From assembly GCF_009914755.1 (NCBI RefSeq), contig NC_060941.1: DNA of 64,000 nt; one strand, given 5' to 3'. The notes beneath the pieces are model-generated. The model searched no databases. It saw nothing but the letters and a program-made list of their open reading frames with translations, and was not told the DNA's origin. Positions 1 through 11,600 of the stretch are shown here, one piece after another (positions within the stretch are counted from its first letter, which is position 1; every line of letters begins with the position of its first letter). A program made the position numbers and the translations under genes. Source of the stretch: the human T2T-CHM13v2.0 reference genome, Homo sapiens.

Positions 1-213
1 TTTTTGTAGAAACTGCAAGGGGATAATTGCACTCTTTGAGGAGTACCGTAGTAAAGGAAATAACTTCCTATAAAAAGAAGACAGAAGCTTTCTCAGAAAA
101 TTCTTTGGGATGATTGAGTTGAACTCACAGAGCTGAGCATTCCTTGCGATGTAGCAGTTTAGAAACACACTTTCTGCAGAATCTGCAAGTGCATATTTGG
201 ACCTCTGTGAGGA

Positions 214-230
214 ATTCGTTGGAAACGGGA
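214..230 (+). promoter_or_regulatory. CENP-B box (intact), overlapping the HOR-defining EcoRI site; repeated in every HOR
   Basis: ATTCGTTGGAAACGGGA matches the 17-bp NTTCGNNNNANNCGGGN core. Confidence 0.93.
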
Positions 231-379
231 TAATTTCAGCTGACTAAACAGAAGCAGTCTCAGAATCTTCTTTGTGATGTTTGCATTCAAATCCCCGAGT
301 TGAACTTTCCTTTCAAAGTTCACGTTTGAAACACTCTTTTTGCAGGATCTACAAGTGGATATTTGGACCACTCTGTGTC

Positions 380-396
380 CTTCGTTCGAAACGGGT
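380..396 (+). promoter_or_regulatory. CENP-B box (intact, W2-type variant); repeated in every HOR
   Basis: CTTCGTTCGAAACGGGT retains all 9 core positions. Confidence 0.88.
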
Positions 397-550
397 ATAT
401 CTTCACATGACATCTAGACAGAAGCATCCTCAGAAGCTTCTCTGTGATGACTGCATTCAACTCACGGAGTTGAACACTCCTTTTGAGAGCGCAGTTTTGA
501 AACTCTCTTTCTGTGGCATCTGCAAGGGGACATGTAGACCTCTTTGAAGA

Positions 551-567
551 TTTCGTTGGAAACGGAA
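551..567 (+). promoter_or_regulatory. Degenerate CENP-B box (CGGG>CGGA), fixed in all HORs
   Basis: TTTCGTTGGAAACGGAA: core position 16 is A rather than G, so binding is predicted to be lost or weak. Confidence 0.8.
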
Positions 568-721
568 TCATCTTCACATAAAAACTATACAGATGCATTC
601 TCAGGAACTTTTTGGTGATGTTTGTATTCAACTCCCAGAGTTGAACTTTCCTTTGGAAAGAGCAGCTATGAAACACTGTTTTTCTAGAATCTGCAAGTGG
701 ACGTTTGGAGGGCTTTGTGGT

Positions 722-738
722 TTGTGGTGGAAAAGGAA
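722..738 (+). promoter_or_regulatory. A-type (pJalpha-type) box replacing the CENP-B box; related A-type boxes at 893, 1572, 1915, 2086 and 2758
   Basis: TTGTGGTGGAAAAGGAA at the box-homologous position. The others are CTATGGTAGTAAAGGGA (893), CTGTGGTGGAAAACGAA (1572), CTGTGGTGGAAAAGGAA (1915), CTATGGTAGTAAAGGAA (2086) and GTACCGTAGTAAAGGAA (2758). Confidence 0.75.
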
Positions 739-1063
739 ATATCTTCACCTAAATACTAGATAGAAGCATTCTCAGAAACTGCTTTGTGATGATTGCATTC
801 ACCTCACAGAGTTGAACATTCCTATTGATAGAGCAGTTTGGAAACACTCTTGTTGTGGAATGTGCAAGTGGAGATTTGGAGCGCTTTGAGGCCTATGGTA
901 GTAAAGGGAATAGCTTCATAGAAAAACTAGACAGAAGCATTCTCAGAAAATACTTTGTGATGATTGAGTTTAACTCACAGAGCTGAACATTCCTTTGGAT
1001 GGAGCAGGTTTGAGACACACCTTTTGTAGAATCTACAAGTGGATATTTGGACCTCTCTGAGGA

Positions 1064-1080
1064 TTTCGTTGGAAACGGGA
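1064..1080 (+). promoter_or_regulatory. CENP-B box (intact, canonical); repeated in every HOR
   Basis: TTTCGTTGGAAACGGGA. Confidence 0.93.
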
Positions 1081-1229
1081 TAACTGCACCTAACTAAACG
1101 GAAGCATTCTCAGAAACTTCTTGGTGATGTTTGCATTCAAATCCCAGAGTTGAACCTTCCTTTGATAGTTCAGGTTTGAAACACTCTTTTTGTAGGATCT
1201 GCAAGTGGATATTTGGACCACTCTGTGGC

Positions 1230-1246
1230 CTTCGTTCGAAACGGGT
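1230..1246 (+). promoter_or_regulatory. CENP-B box (intact, W2-type); disrupted only in HOR3
   Basis: CTTCGTTCGAAACGGGT. Confidence 0.88.
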
Positions 1247-1400
1247 ACATCTTCGCATAAAATCTAGACAGAAGCCTTCTCAGAAACTTCTCTGTGATGA
1301 TTGCATTCAACTCACAGAGTTGAACCCTCCTATGGATAGAGCAGTGTTGAAACTCTCTTTTTGTGGAATCTGCAAGTGGATATGTGGACCTCTCCGAAGA

Positions 1401-1417
1401 TGTCTTTGGAAACGGGA
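1401..1417 (+). promoter_or_regulatory. Degenerate CENP-B box (TTCG>GTCT), fixed in all HORs
   Basis: TGTCTTTGGAAACGGGA: the TTCG half-site is lost. Confidence 0.8.
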
Positions 1418-1743
1418 ATATCTTCACATAAAAACTAAACAGAAGCATTCTCAGAAACTTCTCTGTGATGTTTGTGTTCAACTCCCAGAGTTTCACATTG
1501 CTTTTCATAGAGTAGTTCTGAAACATGCTTTTCGTAGTGTCTACAAGTGGACATTTGGAGCGCTTTCAGGCCTGTGGTGGAAAACGAATTATGGTCACAT
1601 AAAAACTGGAGAGAAGCATTGTCAGAAACTTCTTTGTGATGATTGCATTCAACTCACAGAGTTGAAGGTTCCTTTTCAAAGAGCAGTTTCCAATCACTCT
1701 TTGTGTGGAATCTGCAAGTGGATATTCGGACCTATTTTGAAGA

Positions 1744-1760
1744 TTTCGTTGGAAACGGGA
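1744..1760 (+). promoter_or_regulatory. CENP-B box (intact, canonical); repeated in every HOR
   Basis: TTTCGTTGGAAACGGGA. Confidence 0.93.
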
Positions 1761-2256
1761 GAATCTTCACAGGAAAGCTAAACAGAAGCATTCTCAGAAA
1801 CTTCTTTGTGATGCTTGCATTCAACTCACAGAGTTGAACTTTCCTTTCGAGAGAGAAGCTTTGAAACACTCTTTTTCCAGAATCTGCAAGTGGACATTTG
1901 GAGGGCTTTGAGGCCTGTGGTGGAAAAGGAATTATCTTCCCGTAAAAGCTAGATAGAAGCATTCTCAGAAACTACTTTGTGATGATTGCATTCAAGTCAC
2001 AGAGTTGAACATTCCCTTTGACAGAGCAGTTTGGAAACTCTCTTTGTGTAGAATCTGCAAGTGGAGATATGGACCGCTTTGAGGCCTATGGTAGTAAAGG
2101 AAATAGCTTCATATAAAAGCTAGACAGTAGCATTCACAGAAAACTCTTGGTGACGACTGAGTTTAACTCACAGAGCTGAACATTCCTTTGGATGGAGCAG
2201 TTTCGAAACACACTATTTGTAGAATGTGCAAGTGGATATTTAGGCCTCTCTGAGGA

Positions 2257-2273
2257 TTTCGTTGGAAACGGGA
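2257..2273 (+). promoter_or_regulatory. CENP-B box (intact), first of three consecutive boxes
   Basis: TTTCGTTGGAAACGGGA. Confidence 0.93.
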
Positions 2274-2423
2274 TAAACCGCACAGAACTAAACAGAAGCA
2301 TTCTCAGAACCTTCTTCGTGATGTTTGCATTCAACTCACAGTGTTGAACCTTTCTTTGATAGTTCAGGTTTGAAACGGTCTTTCTGTAGAAACTGCAAGT
2401 AGATATTTGGACCTCTCTGAGGA

Positions 2424-2440
2424 TTTCGTTGGAAACGGGA
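2424..2440 (+). promoter_or_regulatory. CENP-B box (intact), second of three consecutive boxes
   Basis: TTTCGTTGGAAACGGGA, 167 bp after the previous box. Confidence 0.93.
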
Positions 2441-2591
2441 TAACCCGCACAGAACTAAAACAGAAGCATTCTCAGAACCCTCTTCGTGATGTTTGCATTC
2501 AACTCACAGTGCTGAACCTTTCTTTGATAGTTCAGCTTTGAAACACTCTTTTTGTAGAAAGTGCAAGTGGATATTTGGTCCTCTCTGAGGA

Positions 2592-2608
2592 TTTCGTTGG
2601 AAACGGGA
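2592..2608 (+). promoter_or_regulatory. CENP-B box (intact), third of three consecutive boxes
   Basis: TTTCGTTGGAAACGGGA, 168 bp after the previous box. Confidence 0.93.
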
Positions 2609-5600
2609 TAAACTGCACAGAACTAAACAGAAGCATTCTCAGAACCTTCTTCGTGATGTCTGCATTCAACTCACAGTGTGGAACCTTTCTTTGATAGTTC
2701 AGGTTTGAAACACTCTTTTTGTAGAAACTGCAAGGGGATAATTGCACTCTTTGAGGAGTACCGTAGTAAAGGAAATAACTTCCTATAAAAAGAAGACAGA
2801 AGCTTTCTCAGAAAATTCTTTGGGATGATTGAGTTGAACTCACAGAGCTGAGCATTCCTTGCGATGTAGCAGTTTAGAAACACACTTTCTGCAGAATCTG
2901 CAAGTGCATATTTGGACCTCTGTGAGGAATTCGTTGGAAACGGGATAATTTCAGCTGACTAAACAGAAGCAGTCTCAGAATCTTCTTTGTGATGTTTGCA
3001 TTCAAATCCCCGAGTTGAACTTTCCTTTCAAAGTTCACGTTTGAAACACTCTTTTTGCAGGATCTACAAGTGGATATTTGGACCACTCTGTGTCCTTCGT
3101 TCGAAACGGGTATATCTTCACATGACATCTAGACAGAAGCATCCTCAGAAGCTTCTCTGTGATGACTGCATTCAACTCACGGAGTTGAACACTCCTTTTG
3201 AGAGCGCAGTTTTGAAACTCTCTTTCTGTGGCATCTGCAAGGGGACATGTAGACCTCTTTGAAGATTTCGTTGGAAACGGAATCATCTTCACATAAAAAC
3301 TATACAGACGCATTCTCAGGAACTTTTTGGTGATGTTTGTATTCAACTCCCAGAGTTGAACTTTCCTTTGGAAAGAGCAGCTATGAAACACTGTTTTTCT
3401 AGAATCTGCAAGTGGACGTTTGGAGGGCTTTGTGGTTTGTGGTGGAAAAGGAAATATCTTCACCTAAATACTAGATAGAAGCATTCTCAGAAACTGCTTT
3501 GTGATGATTGCATTCACCTCACAGAGTTGAACATTCCTATTGATAGAGCAGTTTGGAAACACTCTTGTTGTGGAATGTGCAAGTGGAGATTTGGAGCGCT
3601 TTGAGGCCTATGGTAGTAAAGGGAATAGCTTCATAGAAAAACTAGACAGAAGCATTCTCAGAAAATACTTTGTGATGATTGAGTTTAACTCACAGAGCTG
3701 AACATTCCTTTGGATGGAGCAGGTTTGAGACACACTTTTTGTAGAATCTACAAGTGGATATTTGGACCTCTCTGAGGATTTCGTTGGAAACGGGATAACT
3801 GCACCTAACTAAACGGAAGCATTCTCAGAAACTTCTTGGTGATGTTTGCATTCAAATCCCAGAGTTGAACCTTCCTTTGATAGTTCAGGTTTGAAACACT
3901 CTTTTTGTAGGATCTGCAAGTGGATATTTGGACCACTCTGTGGCCTTCGTTCGAAACGGGTATATCTTCGCATAAAATCTAGACAGAAGCCTTCTCAGAA
4001 ACTTCTCTGTGATGATTGCATTCAACTCACAGAGTTGAACCCTCCTATGGATAGAGCAGTGTTGAAACTCTCTTTTTGTGGAATCTGCAAGTGGATATGT
4101 GGACCTCTCCGAAGATGTCTTTGGAAACGGGAATATCTTCACATAAAAACTAAACAGAAGCATTCTCAGAAACTTCTCTGTGATGTTTGTGTTCAACTCC
4201 CAGAGTTTCACATTGCTTTTCATAGAGTAGTTCTGAAACATGCTTTTCGTAGTGTCTACAAGTGGACATTTGGAGCGCTTTCAGGCCTGTGGTGGAAAAC
4301 GAATTATGGTCACATAAAAACTGGAGAGAAGCATTGTCAGAAACTTCTTTGTGATGATTGCATTCAACTCACAGAGTTGAAGGTTCCTTTTCAAAGAGCA
4401 GTTTCCAATCACTCTTTGTGTGGAATCTGCAAGTGGATATTTGGACCTATTTTGAAGATTTCGATGGAAACGGGAGAATCTTCACAGGAAAGCTAAACAG
4501 AAGCATTCTCAGAAACTTCTTTGTGATGCTTGCATTCAACTCACAGAGTTGAACTTTCCTTTCGAGAGAGAAGCTTTGAAACACTCTTTTTCCAGAATCT
4601 GCAAGTGGACATTTGGAGGGCTTTGAGGCCTGTGGTGGAAAAGGAATTATCTTCCCGTAAAAGCTAGATAGAAGCATTCTCAGAAACTACTTTGTGATGA
4701 TTGCATTCAAGTCACAGAGTTGAACATTCCCTTTGACAGAGCAGTTTGGAAACTCTCTTTGTGTAGAATCTGCAAGTGGAGATATGGACCGCTTTGAGGC
4801 CTATGGTAGTAAAGGAAATAGCTTCATATAAAAGCTAGACAGTAGCATTCACAGAAAACTCTTGGTGACGACTGAGTTTAACTCACAGAGCTGAACATTC
4901 CTTTGGATGGAGCAGTTTCGAAACACACTATTTGTAGAATGTGCAAGTGGATATTTAGGCCTCTCTGAGGATTTCGTTGGAAACGGGATAAACCGCACAG
5001 AACTAAACAGAAGCATTCTCAGAACCTTCTTCGTGATGTTTGCATTCAACTCACAGTGTTGAACCTTTCTTTGATAGTTCAGGTTTGAAACGGTCTTTCT
5101 GCAGAAACTGCAAGTAGATATTTGGACCGCTCTGAGGATTTCGTTGGAAACGGGATAACCCGCACAGAACTAAAACAGAAGCATTCTCAGAACCCTCTTC
5201 GTGATGTTTGCATTCAACTCACAGTGCTGAACCTTTCTTTGATAGTTCAGCTTTGAAACACTCTTTTTGTAGAAACTGCAAGTGGATATTTGGTCCTCTC
5301 TGAGGATTTCGTTGGAAACGGGATAAACTGCACAGAACTAAACAGAAGCATTCTCAGAACCTTCTTCGTGATGTCTGCATTCAACTCACAGTGTGGAACC
5401 TTTCTTTGATAGTTCAGGTTTGAAACACTCTTTTTGTAGAAACTGCAAGGGGATAATTGCACTCTTTGAGGAGTACCGTAGTAAAGGAAATAACTTCCTA
5501 TAAAAAGAAGACAGAAGCTTTCTCAGAAAATTCTTTGGGATGATTGAGTTGAACTCACAGAGCTGAGCATTCCTTGCGATGTAGCAGTTTAGAAACACAC

Positions 5601-8600
5601 TTTCTGCAGAATCTGCAAGTGCATATTTGGACCTCTGTGAGGAATTCGTTGGAAACGGGATAATTTCAGCTGACTAAACAGAAGCAGTCTCAGAATCTTC
5701 TTTGTGATGTTTGCATTCAAATCCCCGAGTTGAACTTTCCTTTCAAAGTTCACGTTTGAAACACTCTTTTTGCAGGATCTACAAGTGGATATTTGGACCA
5801 CTCTGTGTCCTTCGTTCGAAACGGGTATATCTTCACATGACATCTAGACAGAAGCATCCTCAGAAGCTTCTCTGTGATGACTGCATTCAACTCACGGAGT
5901 TGAACACTCCTTTTGAGAGCGCAGTTTTGAAACTCTCTTTCTGTGGCATCTGCAAGGGGACATGTAGACCTCTTTGAAGATTTCGTTGGAAACGGAATCA
6001 TCTTCACATAAAAACTATACAGATGCATTCTCAGGAAGTTTTTGGTGATGTTTGTATTCAACTCCCAGAGTTGAACTTTCCTTTGGAAAGAGCAGCTATG
6101 AAACACTCTTTTTCTAGAATCTGCAAGTGGACGTTTGGAGGGCTTTGTGGTTTGTGGTGGAAAAGGAAATATCTTCACCTAAATACTAGATAGAAGCATT
6201 CTCAGAAACTGCTTTGTGATGATTGCATTCACCTCACAGAGTTGAACATTCCTATTGATAGAGCAGTTTGGAAACACTCTTGTTGTGGAATGTGCAAGTG
6301 GAGATTTGGAGCGCTTTGAGGCCTATGGTAGTAAAGGGAATAGCTTCATAGAAAAACTAGACAGAAGCATTTTCAGAAAATACTTTGTGATGATTGAGTT
6401 TAACTCACAGAGCTGAACATTCCTTTGGATGGAGCAGGTTTGAGACACACCTTTTGTAGAATCTACAAGTGGATATTTGGACCTCTCTGAGGATTTCGTT
6501 GGAAACGGGATAACTGCACCTAACTAAACGGAAGCATTCTCAGAAACTTCTTGGTGATGTTTGCATTCAAATCCCAGAGTTGAACCTTCCTTTGATAGTT
6601 CAGGTTTGAAACACTCTTTTTGTAGGATCTGCAAGTGGATATTTGGACCACTCTGTGGCCTTCGTTCGAAACTGGTATATCTTCGCATAAAATCTAGACA
6701 GAAGCCTTCTCAGAAACTTCTCTGTGATGATTGCATTCAACTCACAGAGTTGAACCCTCCTATGGATAGAGCAGTGTTGAAACTCTCTTTTTGTGGAATC
6801 TGCAAGTGGATATGTGGACCTCTCCGAAGATGTCTTTGGAAACGGGAATATCTTCACATAAAAACTAAACAGAAGCATTCTCAGAAACTTCTCTGTGATG
6901 TTTGTGTTCAACTCCCAGAGTTTCACATTGCTTTTCATAGAGTAGTTCTGAAACATGCTTTTCGTAGTGTCTACAAGTGGACATTTGGAGCGCTTTCAGG
7001 CCTGTGGTGGAAAACGAATTATGGTCACATAAAAACTGGAGAGAAGCATTGTCAGAAACTTCTTTGTGATGATTGCATTCAACTCACAGAGTTGAAGGTT
7101 CCTTTTCAAAGAGCAGTTTCCAATCACTCTTTCTGTGGAATCTGCAAGTGGATATTTGGACCTATTTTGAAGATTTCGTTGGAAACGGGAGAATCTTCAC
7201 AGGAAAGCTAAACAGAAGCATTCTCAGAAACTTCTTTGTGATGCTTGCATTCAACTCACAGAGTTGAACTTTCCTTTCGAGAGAGAAGCTTTGAAACACT
7301 CTTTTTCCAGAATCTGCAAGTGGACATTTGGAGGGCTTTGAGGCCTGTGGTGGAAAAGGAATTATCTTCCCGTAAAAGCTAGATAGAAGCATTCTCAGAA
7401 ACTACTTTGTGATTATTGCATTCAAGTCACAGAGTTGAACATTCCCTTTGACAGAGCAGTTTGGAAACTCTCTTTGTGTAGAATCTGCAAGTGGAGATAT
7501 GGACCGCTTTGAGGCCTATGGTAGTAAAGGAAATAGCTTCATATAAAAGCTAGACAGTAGCATTCACAGAAAACTCTTGGTGACGACTGAGTTTACCTCA
7601 CAGAGCTGAACATTCCTTTGGATGGAGCAGTTTCGAAACACACTATTTGTAGAATGTGCAAGTGGATATTTAGGCCTCTCTGAGGATTTCGTTGGAAACG
7701 GGATAAACCGCACAGAACTAAACAGAAGCATTCTCAGAACCTTCTTCGTGATGTTTGCATTCAACTCACAGTGTTGAACCTTTCTTTGATAGTTCAGGTT
7801 TGAAACGGTCTTTCTGCAGAAACTGCAAGTAGATATTTGGACCGCTCTGAGGATTTCGTTGGAAACGGGATAAACCTCACAGAACTAAAACAGAAGCATT
7901 CTCAGAACCCTCTTCGTGATGTTTGCATTCAACTCACAGTGCTGAACCTTTCTTTGATAGTTCAGCTTTGAAACACTCTTTTTGTAGAAACTGCAAGTGG
8001 ATATTTGGTCCTCTCTGAGGATTTCGTTGGAAACGGGATAAACTGCACAGAACTAAACAGAAGCATTCTCAGAACCTTCTTCGTGATGTCTGCATTCAAC
8101 TCACAGTGTGGAACCTTTCTTTGATAGTTCAGGTTTGAAACACTCTTTTTGTAGAAACTGCAAGGGGATAATTGCACTCTTTGAGGAGTACCGTAGTAAA
8201 GGAAATAACTTCCTATAAAAAGAAGACAGAAGCTTTCTCAGAAAATTCTTTGGGATGATTGAGTTGAACTCACAGAGCTGAGCATTCCTTGCGATGTAGC
8301 AGTTTAGAAACACACTTTCTGCAGAATCTGCAAGTGCATATTTGGACCTCTGTGAGGAATTCGTTGGAAACGGGATAATTTCAGCTGACTAAACAGAAGC
8401 AGTCTCAGAATCTTCTTTGTGATGTTTGCATTCAAATCCCCGAGTTGAACTTTCCTTTCAAAGTTCACGTTTGAAACACTCTTTTTGCAGGATCTACAAG
8501 TGGATATTTGGACCACTCTGTGTCCTTCGTTCGAAACGGGTATATCTTCACATGACATCTAGACAGAAGCATCCTCAGAAGCTTCTCTGTGATGACTGCA

Positions 8601-11600
8601 TTCAACTCACGGAGTTGAACACTCCTTTTGAGAGCGCAGTTTTGAAACTCTCTTTCTGTGGCATCTGCAAGGGGACATGTAGACCTCTTTGAAGATTTCG
8701 TTGGAAACGGAATCATCTTCACATAAAAACTATACAGATGCATTCTCAGGAACTTTTTGGTGATGTTTGTATTCAACTCCCAGAGTTGAACTTTCCTTTG
8801 GAAAGAGCAGCTATGAAACACTGTTTTTCTAGAATCTGCAAGTGGACGTTTGGAGGGCTTTGTGGTTTGTGGTGGAAAAGGAAATATCTTCACCTAAATA
8901 CTAGATAGAAGCATTCTCAGAAACTGCTTTGTGATGATTGCATTCACCTCACAGAGTTGAACATTCCTATTGATAGAGCAGTTTGGAAACACTCTTGTTG
9001 TGGAATGTGCAAGTGGAGATTTGGAGCGCTTTGAGGCCTATGGTAGTAAAGGGAATAGCTTCATAGAAAAACTAGACAGAAGCATTCTCAGAAAATACTT
9101 TGTGAAGATTGAGTTTAACTCACAGAGCTGAACATTCCTTTGGATGGTGCAGGTTTGAGACACACTTTTTGTAGAATCTACAAGTGGATATTTGGACCTC
9201 TCTGAGGATTTCGTTGGAAACGGGATAACTGCACCTAACTAAACGGAAGCATTCTCAGAAACTTCTTGGTGATGTTTGCATTCAAATCCCAGAGTTGAAC
9301 CTTCCTTTGATAGTTCAGGTTTGAAACACTCTTTTTGTAGGATCTGCAAGTGGATATTTGGACCACTCTGTGGCCTTCGTTCGAAACGGGTATATCTTCG
9401 CATAAAATCTAGACAGAAGCCTTCTCAGAAACTTCTCTGTGATGATTGCATTCAACTCACAGAGTTGAACCCTCCTATGGATAGAGCAGTGTTGAAACTC
9501 TCTTTTTGTGGAATCTGCAAGTGGATATGTGGACCTCTCCGAAGATGTCTTTGGAAACGGGAATATCTTCACATAAAAACTAAACAGAAGCATTCTCAGA
9601 AACTTCTCTGTGATGTTTGTGTTCAACTCCCAGAGTTTCACATTGCTTTTCATAGAGTAGTTCTGAAACATGCTTTTCGTAGTGTCTACAAGTGGACATT
9701 TGGAGCGCTTTCAGGCCTGTGGTGGAAAACGAATTATGGTCACATAAAAACTGGAGAGAAGCATTGTCAGAAACTTCTTTGTGATGATTGCATTCAACTC
9801 ACAGAGTTGAAGGTTCCTTTTCAAAGAGCAGTTTCCAATCACTCTTTGTGTGGAATCTGCAAGTGGATATTCGGACCTATTTTGAAGATTTCGTTGGAAA
9901 CGGGAGAATCTTCACAGGAAAGCTAAACAGAAGCATTCTCAGAAACTTCTTTGTGATGCTTGCATTCAACTCACAGAGTTGAACTTTCCTTTCGAGAGAG
10001 AAGCTTTGAAACACTCTTTTTCCAGAATCTGCAAGTGGACATTTGGAGGGCTTTGAGGCCTGTGGTGGAAAAGGAATTATCTTCCCGTAAAAGCTAGATA
10101 GAAGCATTCTCAGAAACTACTTTGTGATGATTGCATTCAAGTCACAGAGTTGAACATTCCCTTTGACAGAGCAGTTTGGAAACTCTCTTTGTGTAGAATC
10201 TGCAAGTGGAGATATGGACCGCTTTGAGGCCTATGGTAGTAAAGGAAATAGCTTCATATAAAAGCTAGACAGTAGCATTCACAGAAAACTCTTGGTGACG
10301 ACTGAGTTTAACTCACAGAGCTGAACATTCCTTTGGATGGAGCAGTTTCGAAACACACTATTTGTAGAATGTGCAAGTGGATATTTAGGCCTCTCTGAGG
10401 ATTTCGTTGGAAACGGGATAAACCGCACAGAACTAAACAGAAGCATTCTCAGAACCTTCTTCGTGATGTTTGCATTCAACTCACAGTGTTGAACCTTTCT
10501 TTGATAGTTCAGGTTTGAAACGGTCTTTCTGTAGAAACTGCAAGTAGATATTTGGACCTCTCTGAGGATTTCGTTGGAAACGGGATAACCCGCACAGAAC
10601 TAAAACAGAAGCATTCTCAGAACCCTCTTGGTGATGTTTGCATTCAACTCACAGTGCTGAACCTTTCTTTGATAGTTCAGCTTTGAAACACTCTTTTTGT
10701 AGAAAGTGCAAGTGGATATTTGGTCCTCTCTGAGGATTTCGTTGGAAACGGGATAAACTGCACAGAACTAAACAGAAGCATTCTCAGAACCTTCTTCGTG
10801 ATGTCTGCATTCAACTCACAGTGTGGAACCTTTCTTTGATAGTTCAGGTTTGAAACACTCTTTTTGTAGAAACTGCAAGGGGATAATTGCACTCTTTGAG
10901 GAGTACCGTAGTAAAGGAAATAACTTCCTATAAAAAGAAGACAGAAGCTTTCTCAGAAAATTCTTTGGGATGATTGAGTTGAACTCACAGAGCTGAGCAT
11001 TCCTTGCGATGTAGCAGTTTAGAAACACACTTTCTGCAGAATCTGCAAGTGCATATTTGGACCTCTGTGAGGAATTCGTTGGAAACGGGATAATTTCAGC
11101 TGACTAAACAGAAGCAGTCTCAGAATCTTCTTTGTGATGTTTGCATTCAAATCCCCGAGTTGAACTTTCCTTTCAAAGTTCACGTTTGAAACACTCTTTT
11201 TGCAGGATCTACAAGTGGATATTTGGACCACTCTGTGTCCTTCGTTCGAAACGGGTATATCTTCACATGACATCTAGACAGAAGCATCCTCAGAAGCTTC
11301 TCTGTGATGACTGCATTCAACTCACGGAGTTGAACACTCCTTTTGAGAGCGCAGTTTTGAAACTCTCTTTCTGTGGCATCTGCAAGGGGACATGTAGACC
11401 TCTTTGAAGATTTCGTTGGAAACGGAATCATCTTCACATAAAAACTATACAGATGCATTCTCAGGAACTTTTTGGTGATGTTTGTATTCAACTCCCAGAG
11501 TTGAACTTTCCTTTGGAAAGAGCAGCTATGAAACACTGTTTTTCTAGAATCTGCAAGTGGACGTTTGGAGGGCTTTGTGGTTTGTGGTGGAAAAGGAAAT

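Larger units (their letters stand above)
2245..2734 (+). repeat. Intra-HOR tandem triplication of a short (~167-bp) W1-type monomer
   Basis: Three near-identical copies of CTCTCTGAGGATTTCGTTGGAAACGGGATAA..GCACAGAACTAAACAGAAGCATTCTCAGAACC.TCTTCGTGATGT.TGCATTCAACTCACAGTG..GAACCTTTCTTTGATAGTTCAG.TTTGAAAC...TGTAGAAACTGCAAG, much more alike than other monomer pairs. Present in every full HOR; boundaries approximate. Confidence 0.9.
212..2926 (+). repeat. Representative 16-monomer HOR unit (HOR1, EcoRI to EcoRI, 2,715 bp)
   Basis: Sixteen box positions at 214(B), 380(B), 551(B, degenerate), 722(A), 893(A), 1064(B), 1230(B), 1401(B, degenerate), 1572(A), 1744(B), 1915(A), 2086(A), 2257(B), 2424(B), 2592(B) and 2758(A); the next unit's first box is at 2929. 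Inferred monomer classes by box type: W1 W2 W3 W4 W5 W1 W2 W3 W4 W3 W4 W5 W1 W1 W1 W5. Confidence 0.95.

Noticed and set aside
66-80. TATA-like CCTATAAAAAG once per HOR
   Set aside because: It is an AT-rich variant of the monomer segment CTTCACATAAAAACTA. Alpha satellite can be transcribed, but nothing in the sequence supports a promoter here.
384-392. Short palindrome TTCGAA in W2-type boxes and other small dyads as possible cruciform or hairpin signals
   Set aside because: Only ~6-bp palindromes, as expected by chance. I saw no extended inverted repeats by eye; a folding or dyad scan would be needed to claim more.
1131-1781. 216-aa + strand ORF (and its 102-aa truncated form) repeated in each HOR
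   Set aside because: It is a translation of alpha-satellite monomers: the peptide itself repeats every ~57 aa (171/3, e.g. QKLLCDDCIQLTEL). It has no gene context or recognisable domain, and a stop-creating variant is freely shared among copies.
214-2774. Regularly spaced conserved motif (TTCGTTGGAAACGGGA) with intervening sequence, superficially CRISPR-like
   Set aside because: The intervening sequences are homologous ~150-bp monomer bodies rather than unique spacers, there are no cas genes, and the motif is the CENP-B box.
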